A DNA stretch of 64,000 nt from Lytechinus pictus. Lineage: Eukaryota. How positions within the stretch are numbered: position 1 is the stretch's first letter; every line of letters begins with the position of its first letter. The notes below the pieces were generated by a model. It searched no databases, was not told the DNA's origin, and saw only the letters and a list, made by a program, of their open reading frames with translations. This document shows, piece after piece, positions 54,395-64,000 of the stretch. The stretch is taken from positions 5,830,001 through 5,894,000 of the forward strand of contig NC_087245.1 of the NCBI RefSeq assembly GCF_037042905.1, given 5' to 3'. Made by a program: the position numbers and the translations under genes.

Positions 54395-55429
54395 ACTGAA
54401 GCATAAATCTACTGAAAAAAAAAATCGATAAATATTATACCAAATAATACATTCTACTTATAAATATTAAGTGTTAATAATAATATTTTTTACAGTGTGT
54501 ATCATCCCTAGTAATTTACCGTCGAATATTACTATAATATTTATGATGAATGATCATGACGATTATGTAGGGAGTACATGCATGGGCGTTGACGCAGAGG
54601 ATTATCCTTTGTTCATGGGAAACATCTATTGTTGCCCCCCCCCCAAACAATGCCGTATGATAATATATGACCATCGACTTCTTTTTCCTTGTAATTGATT
54701 GAAACCATTCCCTTAGTCAGAAATCGTAAAAAATATGAATGGAGGATGAACATTTCAGGATTATAGAAGAACATGTCCATATTCATGTTGTTTGACAAAT
54801 ACCCTTTTTTTATTCACCCTCCCCGCAACTAAGCGCCGGGTGTGTCCCATTTATGTTAATACTTTCGAATATCACTTCATTTTAGTTATTTTTATATTCA
54901 AGTTAATCATGTAAAATATAAGTGGAGAACATATAAAAGAAATGAAAATTGAAATTGTAGAAATAAAGCTAATGTAAGATGGTTATTTTGTCCTTATCTT
55001 CTTTATTTCCTTTAACTTGTGTTTTCTTCTCCACCTGTTTTACATTTCTGTTCAGTCTTGACTTGAGTTCATGTGCAATTCTTTTCAGCACTGCCCTTGT
55101 AGTCTGAATATAGGTTAATTAAATGTCATTCCTTACGTCCTCGTTTGTCTTCGTCATTCCCGACCTTTCGTTGGAGAACGCGAACGCTTATTTGCGACGG
55201 TAGTTGATTTTGGAAGAGACTTTTGGGCCCATCGTCATGGTCGTAAAACTCTGTCCTGCAATGCAAATTGTATGACATGCGATTCTTTTTCGTTTCGCAT
55301 CTGGAACAGAAACATTCAATCTGCGTTTCGTGTGCAAAACTCTGGTTGCTACTATGGTAACAGCGATATATCCGATTTAGGACGACATTCCGAAGCCACA
55401 TTTGGTTCCTCCCAGAGCTCGAGAGGCCG

Positions 55430-55710
55430 CCCGGTGGCCCACTTCCATTGAAGAGTGGATACCAGGCGCGACCACGCGTAAAAAGGGAAAGAGTGGGCAA
55501 GTACGTTACGTATAGGCCTATGTAACGTTATAAGGGTGTCAAAAACGATGTTTAAAATACTGAAAAGGAGGATATGTTCTCAATACTTGTAGGGTTTCAT
55601 TAGCTAAATACTTGTTAAGAGATGCATTTTCATAATCTGGAAAAGACTTGCTTCCCTTGTTTAGGGTGCTTTTCGAAACCCCATGGTCGTGCCTGGTGTC
55701 CACTCATCAA
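55430..55710. mobile_element. Degraded MITE
   Basis: CACTTCCATTGAAGAGTGGATACCAGGCGCGACCA versus TGGTCGTGCCTGGTGTCCACTCATCAATGGAAATG. Confidence 0.7.
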
Positions 55711-56312
55711 TGGAAATGGAATCCACTTTAAATGTAATACTGATTCTATGGACTGTAATGATCTATATCTAAGCCTTAATTCAGTAACTTTTTCCTCACT
55801 CAATATGTACTCGATTTGTTTGAAAAACCACTTTCTTATCCATGTCATAATCTATAGTAGGTCCTGCATTTCGAATATCTCCAGCCATCAGTCGTAATGT
55901 ACATGCATGTATGGTGCGAGTGTCGCGGGAAAGAATTTTGCAGATCTGTAGGGCCTGTAACCCCCCTTGTAACACAAAGCTTAGCATTGATTGTAGAGCA
56001 GTTTTCTACGTTTGATTCTATTGACTATAATGTACTCAATCTTAAAAATCAAGTGTATGATTAAGCGTTAACTTTTGTGTTAGGGGACCCTAATATTAGC
56101 GTCCATGAGTATTGCGAAAGGTCCCAAATTCCTAGCTTTCCAACTCAGGAGTTCCAATCATTCCATCCCTCGCCCGACTGCTAATTAGAACTCTAGTTAT
56201 TTTCTACCCCTGCCTCAACTTATAATTTGTACAACACTACACTATATAGCAACTCTACCCCAACTGGAGAACAGACCAGCCCCCATGTGTTCGTGACAAG
56301 GACATGATTAAG

Positions 56313-57794
56313 CATAGGCGGATCCATGGGGGGCGAGGGCCCCGGACCCCCATACTGGCGGAGCAAAAAAAAAATGGGGGAAAGAAAGAAAAAAAAAGGA
56401 AAAGAAGGGAAAAGAGAGGAGAAAGAGAAGGGGAAACAAAAGAGGAGGAAGACGAGTGAATAAAATTAGATGAGGGGAAGACTTAGAAATGATAATTTTA
56501 AAAGTCTTTCATGTCACTATATAAATTTTTCGCTCGCGCTTCGCGCTCGCATTGCCTTTTAGGTGATTTACATATCTTGCTCAATATGGAGCTTAAAAAA
56601 TCAAATTTTTGACGTCTCCGATATACAAAACACATTTCAGCTTGGAAATCGAACTTTCATTATTTTGTATGATTTACAATTTGATTTTCAAAAAAGTGCT
56701 CAGTAAAAATTTATATTTTATGGTCTGAAAATTAAAATTTTCTGCTCGCTCTGCGCGCTCGTAAATTTTGATTTGTCAGGTGCCTATTATTTTCCTGTAT
56801 TCCATAAAGTTATCAAAATATCCCTATTCAGGTCAGACTGTCAAAACGTATCAGCTAGCGCTGCACACTCGCATCTTGATTGGTGAGTTATGTATATCTC
56901 AATACTAATGCTACAGCAAACTACTTAAAATCCCCATTTCATGACAGTTTATCAACTGATTTGCGCTCGTATTAATTTTTAAAAATATATTAACTCATGC
57001 ATCTTATTCATAATTACAAAAATGCTCTAAATGTCCAGTTTACAGGCCATAATATTAACAGATTTCGCGCTCTCATTAGGCTCATTAGATTAATAGATTA
57101 ATTTAAAAACCAAATTGTCCCGTTTCATCTCGCGCTTAGGAAGAGAAATAGGAAGATAGACATCATTTTCATATGATGACATAATTTTCTTAGAATGTCC
57201 CGGTCCTATGTCAAAACTCAAAGAAATAATAATGAAACATAGGGTTTTTTTAACTGTGATCCATATCAACCTCACGATTTTCCTACAAAGTGCATAAAAT
57301 ACAGAGCTTAAATTGATCTTTTTCAGATCGGAATATCAAATATTTTAAGCTCGCGCTTCGCGCTCACTTTATTGTTTTTCATGATAAAAAAGGTATTTAG
57401 AATGTCCATATTCTAGATCGAAATCTAAAAAAGATCTTTTTTTGATCAGATCAAAACGTATATTAAAAATTTCTGCTCGCGCTTCGTGCTCGCAGTAATT
57501 ATTCAGTTGGATACACATCTCGTTTAGGATCACAAACATTGCCCAGAATGTTTAAATTTTAGGACAAAATACATGAAATGGGAAACAAAATGCTCGCGCT
57601 TCGCGCTCGCACTATTTAATTAAGGCTTATGAGATTACTTTATTTTTATTCATAAGAATGAATCTTAGAAGTTATTAATAAGACTACCCCTTCAAACAAA
57701 CAAAAATCAACTTCGAGCGGCTGATTGGGGAAAATGTGGCTGAAAAAAAATCCCGCCCCCCCCCCCCCATTGGCGAAGGCTGGATCCGCCCCTG
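56313..57794 (+). mobile_element. GCTCGCGCTTCGCGCTCGC-rich TIR element, copy 2
   Basis: CATAGGCGGATCCA...TGGATCCGCCCCTG; ATTAAG present on both flanks; colinear with 31712-33695. Confidence 0.85.
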
Positions 57795-59899
57795 ATTAAG
57801 TCTGCAATTTTCGAGTGTAGGTCTACATTTTTTTTCTGACTCACCTGGTCTGCAAACCAAATGCCAAATGTTTATCTGAAACTATATGTACACAAAGGTC
57901 CTCCCACGGGAAACCGAGATCATCGAACTTAACATTATGACTGAAAAACAATTCATCAATAAAACAACATTCAAATATTATCATTTCCCCTTTTGTAAAT
58001 ATATTTGGCATTCAAGGTGATACTTTTTAACATTCATTTTCCTTGCTTTCAAATACTATGTTCACTTTTGTAAATTCAATAACAAAAAACCCCAATATTG
58101 TAGAATTCAAAGCTCGTATTAAAGGTATTAGGGATATTTAATATTTTGTGGCGAAGAAAAATGGTAAATTACCTGTACATGAAAAAATTGAGATTTGATA
58201 TCTAATTTGTCTTTTCTAACTGTCTTTACAAACTGATATTCCTACTCAAGTGCTGCTTTGTTTAATCATGTAAATAGGCTGTTGATCTTTTTATATTCAT
58301 ATTGGGATTTATATTTTGATCAATAAAGAAAAAAAAAATTTGTCAATAAACTTGTCATTTGGAACATTTCACCCATGTGTGAAATTTACAATTCAGTTTG
58401 GAAGCTGTATTTTCTTATATTGAATAAGGTAATATCAGATCTGAAAATGAACACACACAAAAATTGAAAGGCATCAAATATTATATAGGTTTTGTATCAC
58501 ACTCGCACTATCATTGATCATTTTACGAGATACGCCCCGGAGATGTGCTTTCTGTTTAAAACAAAATAACTAAAGATGCGATGAAGATGTTCATTTTCTG
58601 CAGCGTTGTGGGTCTCGACGGCGCAAAATGGTCGCGTCAAGGCCGGTCGAGGCCGGGAGAATTTCAGGGTGTGCAAATGCCGAATGTTGTCAGTTTCTCT
58701 AAAATAATTATTATGATATATACAAAAGCAAATTGTAATGGACTTCATGAATTGTCTTCTTCTTTTTTTAGAATTATTAAAATAAAAATAAGTTCATACA
58801 CACCTCTGATTTAGTGAGATACTTATCCTGTTCATTAATGTATGCAAATATTCCAGGGCAAATATTCCTTAAACCTGTCGATTTTCAGGTCAATGTATCA
58901 AACTTTCAGCTCGCGCTTTTCACTCGCATGAGTAGGCTCTGAAAATATTCTTCATGTTCACGAATACTAAATGTGCTCAAGATATCCCTTTTCGGGTCTA
59001 TATCAATTATTACATAATTTATTTGACGTTACACTCGCGGTTCGCGCGCAAATTATTTGTTTGATGAGACATGTTCTGGAGATATTCACGATTAAAAAAT
59101 GTGCTTAATAAAGTGTTATACTTCCAAATTACTTTTGACAGGCCTGCCAATACATTTTCATTGTTAGAAAAATGACAGACAGATCATACGTCCACAGTTT
59201 ATAGAAATAGCCATTTTCATTTTTTATCATATTAAATGGTCACACAGTCGTTCTCACAAATACACACGACAGCATTTTATTTTTTATAGTCGTCCTGGCA
59301 CTCAGGGGATACTTATCGGGGGACAAAATCCATGAATGTTATGATTTATCCAGTAAACTTGAAATATTAATCAGTTGTCAATCTGTCACTTGTTATATGT
59401 TGTCTAGGGTAGGCTTATTTCTCTGTAGAAGGGGGGGGGGGGGATTGGGGTAATGTCTGTTTGGTTGTGGTGCATGGTGGTCGATCGTTGTTGGTACTTC
59501 TACGGAGTTAAATGGCCTTGTTCTACTTGTTTTTTTTTGTCTTGGGTAGGTCGGGGTACATATTTTAGAGGGTACGTGATTGCCCTATATAATCGTAGAG
59601 GAGTTGATGATAAAACAAGAGGGGAATCATCGTTTTGGATATAGTTTTTCCAAACGAATGGCCGTGACGAATGGTTGCCGAAGGAGTGATTAACTTGGGT
59701 GCATATAATTATTTTAGGAGGGCACGTATCCTCAAACCAATAACGCATGACAACTTAAAGTCTCACTTCAGCACTTATATCGCTCTCTTCATTTCCACCC
59801 ATACCCCTCTCTCATACACAACCAGCTGCACACATCCACATAAAACCCCATAACCAACCACAACCAGATAAAAATCTCTCATTTTCCTTTCTTTTATTT

Positions 59900-62800
59900 T
59901 GTGGTTTCATTATTTTTCAATAGTCCCAATTTGAGCATTCTTGGTTCACTCAAGATAATAAGTGTTATATAGTATTGTATTTCAATTGTATTTGACCCAT
60001 ACTGTAGATTTAAATTGCACCAAGACATTTAATCACATTTGAATACAAAAAATGACACATTTGTTAATTATTTTAATAAAATTCCCAAATAATTTTATTG
60101 ATAATATTGTCTTAATTTCACATAAAAATCAGTTGGTTATTAGTACAATGTCCTTAACTGCATATAAATAAAACATGTAAAAATGTAAATAAAATTTAAC
60201 TACCACAGATCAGTGCAAGGAAAGTGAGATTTATGGTGAAATATTCTACTGCTCCTATTCCATATAATCAAACTGTATCCCTACATACAGGAGTATACTA
60301 TCATTTGGACCAGAGCATGGAGGTGATACTGAAAATATAATGTTTCATATGAGATAGTGAAAGAAACAATCATCCAGAACAATTAATTAATAAAATCACG
60401 TATTCCTATTGGTTCTTAAAACAATTACAACTACAGTTTCTTAATACATAAACCATTTGAGTCCAAGAAGAAAAGATAGCAGTCATAGCAATGATAGAAA
60501 CAAATATAAAAAAATATATAAATATCTATTGAAATGAATGAATAAATAAGTGAATAAACAATAATAACAATAATAACTTTAAGAATAACAATAATCATCA
60601 TCACCATCATTATCCTAACAGTGATGATGAAAATAACAATAATTATACCACCATTGATAAATATAATAGTAGCAATAATAAAATGATATCTAAGGATGAC
60701 AATAGCATTATAAAATATCACAATGACAAAATATTCATTCATCATATACAGTTGGAGTCAAAGTTTACATATGCCTACTTAGGGAGATCGTACCTTTGCC
60801 TGAATGAAAACAATCTACCACATGTTAAAAAATATTGGTTCTATCAGAACAGACTTGGTATCCAATAAATTTGCCCGATTTGTGATTGTCTGAAGTTGAA
60901 ATGTATATTCTGCCAAAATATTTTTAAACAAATGGAAGAGCAAAATATGCACTTTCACATGATACCAAACATTGCTGGAGATACAGTAGATTTGATGGCT
61001 TTGTCACAAGGTTTTTATATTATAATTTCCAGATATATGTCAGCTAATGCTTCTGCATAATTATCATCGTGCAAAGCTACTTTTTAAAGAAACATCCATG
61101 TTTGTAAATACTTGTTTCATTCATCTGAATGTATTGCAAAAGAGCAATTCATTAATTTTTGTGAGGAAAGTGAACACAAATGTTAGTTTAGAATTAAAAA
61201 AACATGAAAAACACTTTTGTTTGATAAATTCATCATGGTCCCAATGATACTCTTAAAGATTTTATTGTAATGTTGGCATGAACACTTTTTGAGGAATGCT
61301 TAGGTGTACATTATTTTTTTATTTTTCAATATTTTTCAAAACGATTTTAATCTCCAACTGCAGATTTATATGTGATTAACCCAAGGGATACCAAATAACA
61401 TTCCCCTGATATAATAATAAAAAATATCACTCTCCACATAGAAGAATATAACATTTAGATATTTTCTGTATCTTTTAGTCTAAAAGCATGTATTCCACTT
61501 TGTCAGTGTGTGCTGATTGAAACAGAAAATTACTTTTAATATATAAACTTGATAATCCATTCTATTTCATCAAAACACCATGTGATTAGATCATGTGTCT
61601 TCTACAGATACTCCAAGACATACCATACTAGATCACCAATCATCTTCATTTCTATAACCCAGGAGGACAAACATTTGCCATGACTAGATATTTGTACTTT
61701 CTCATGAATAATAATTTTTTAATAAAAGTGCATTAAAATTGATAATAAAACAGATCACCAGCATTTAGTAACTTCATTAAATTGATATTTAATACAAAAA
61801 TATATAGGTTTCATGCTAATATTCTTTTTATCCAGAAATATGCTTTTATCAAGGTGGGTGCAGATATATTAACCTGATACAAAAAAAATAAATTATACTG
61901 CAGACTTACAATTATACAAGGATAGACTATTATACCCACATGCTTCGTTGACCAGCAGCGGTATGACAAATCAGATTACTCTTAAATATAACCATGTTTT
62001 AAAATGCTATGTGAAAACTGACTATCACACACATAAACTTTTGTGGGTATTACTTGACATGCAGCTGACTACCAGAACTCTTGCTAAAATCATATTACAT
62101 ACTTTATGCATAGTGAGAGGATAGAAGACATATAATTTCATATTTGACTATGGAAGCCATGAAAAAAAACGTAAAGTTGTAAAATCTCTCAAACACTACC
62201 ATGATATATTTACATAGATTATATTTTTTGTTTATATGAAATAAATCATGAAAAGACAAGAATACCCTGTAATTAAAATGAAATAAGAAATATGTGTAAA
62301 TATATTTATACCTTTAATAATCATTTACATATACTTTACTCATACCAATATACTACACAAGTTAATCCTAAAACATTACTGATTTATGTTACTTTATAAG
62401 GTGTTAATTTTGTTAGAATGAACAGCAGACAATTATGTTATAATACTAAGCAAGTTCCTTGGCAGTAGTGCATTAAGGCCTACTAATGAATTTTCATTTA
62501 TTAACAACAGTCCATAAGAAATTATACATACTTTGAAAGGCAAAGAGTGGAGATGAGGATCATTCATTTTAAGCTCTATGTTAATCTAAACCATAATAAA
62601 AATTGCATGATACTCACACATGGGAAAAAACTTTCATGACAGATAGTAAATTACTTTACTGAGAACAAGAAAACAACAGTTTAATATAAAAATTACAATG
62701 AACACACATTTAAGGAAATCATATTACTGTAGTCTTTATAATAACAATTTTTCATCATACAAAATAAGAATATATATATAAATATACATTCAATTCTAAA

Positions 62801-63391
62801 AAGTACTGTTATATCTTGCAGGTACTATATCAAAGTAGATGAATTAAAACATTATTTTACTTGTACATGAAATTAAAGCTGTATCAATGAACCTGATATG
62901 TACAAGTACAAATCGCACCAAGAAAGATTGAATAAACAAGCCAAGGTGATTCCTAATTAATGTTGTGATAATTCCAATGTGGGTATGTACTTCGATATCA
63001 TTTTGACTTAAACATCATATAAGGTTTAAAAATTTGCATACATTTTGCATATCTACATATTCTGAAGTCATAAACAAGATGTACACAAACAATCAACCAA
63101 TTGAATATTGTATTTTTATAATATAAAACACATTATTTGATGTTCAATTCAATGAGGCAACATAAAAAAATAAAAAGCTATCTTCATGTAGTATAACCTG
63201 CAAAGCATTCTGGAAGAGCTGCTTCAGCCATACGGTCAGCTAATCATCTCCTGAAGCATCTTGATGGTGATTTCCAATGACAAATTTGCTTTCGGCTTAG
63301 CGGATACAAGGAGAGCAGTAGCTAAAACAATTCTCAGTGAAAATCACTCACAAATTGCTACATGAAATGCTTCACAGGTAGCATGGATTGA
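59900..63391 (-). other. Probable long AT-rich 3' UTR of the right-edge gene
   Basis: About 3.5 kb with no recognisable TEs, directly after the predicted stop; the poly(A) position is a guess. Confidence 0.45.
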
Positions 63392-63475
63392 TTAGAAGTA
63401 ATTGTAGGCTTCCATAGCACTTCGTGACTTGTCTCTATTTCTTCCACGGTACGGTCGGAAATCCTCAGTCTCCTC
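63392..63475 (-). CDS. Terminal coding exon of an unidentified gene (EETEDFRPYRGRNRDKSRSAMEAYNYF*)
   Basis: Acceptor TCTCTCTTACCAG|GAG; in frame with the upstream exon. An alternative frame is also open to a stop at 63358. Confidence 0.6.
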   Translation of the reverse strand, partial: EETEDFRPYRGRNRDKSRSAMEAYNYF

Positions 63476-63949
63476 CTGGTAAGAGAGATACATTGAAAGA
63501 CTTCATTAAAAAATAATATCACTACAAGAACTTTTAACAGAGCTCAGCAAATTCTCAATTGTATCAAAGGAGAGTGTTTACATTATCATGAGTCAAAAGA
63601 TGAGAGGAAGTAACTTGACATATTTTAAATATTAGATCTCTTTATGATATATCAGAAAGTAGGTCAAGCTCTGGTCTGTTCCATTGTGACCTCTCATACT
63701 AATCTACAATTTACAGTCTCGAATCAAAGGTAATTTCAAGTAACTGATAAGTAATCATGACAACACATCAATATTCTCTTCAAGGTATAGGGAAGACATC
63801 AACTGAAAGGCTGTTTTTTTTTCATGGGGAACCCCACGGTTGTTTGAAGGATTGATTTTTTTTTTTGCTTATCCTCATTATTTCATCAGAAGTAATTAGC
63901 TAGTGTAAATATCATTCAGGTTTAATATTTCTAAAGAAAATTAACTTAC

Positions 63950-64000
63950 AGAGTATTGGTAGCTCTCCGTTCCATCAGCGACATACGGTCTCTCAAAGCC
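63950..64000 (-). CDS. Penultimate coding exon, partial (GFERPYVADGTESYQYS)
   Basis: Donor CT|GTAAGT at 63950/63949; open frame to the window edge; GC content higher than the flanks. Confidence 0.55.

Overview
AT-rich eukaryotic (animal) genomic DNA; the repeat content resembles sea urchin (inferred from recalled repeat motifs, not verified). No prokaryotic operons, rRNA/tRNA genes or CRISPR arrays are visible. There is one complete coding region: a single-exon, minus-strand type II membrane heparan-sulfate 3-O-sulfotransferase-family gene (37155-38378) with non-canonical active-site residues. The last two coding exons and long 3' UTR of a second minus-strand gene lie at the right edge. The rest is mostly transposon-derived. 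It includes degraded non-LTR retrotransposons (a Tx1/L1-type element with zinc-knuckle ORF1 and a quadruplicated 320-bp endonuclease start, a CR1/L2-type RT, and L2-type 3' tails). It also includes many non-autonomous TIR elements with TA, TWA, TTAA or 8-bp target duplications, several of them nested two or three levels deep, plus microsatellites. Best leads: (i) a Transib-type end resembling a 23-spacer recombination signal sequence at 11969, (ii) the altered catalytic residues of the sulfotransferase, (iii) the LINE sitting in sense orientation just past its stop codon, and (iv) a foldback element with 42-bp minisatellite arms. I found no convincing wholly new multi-gene system.
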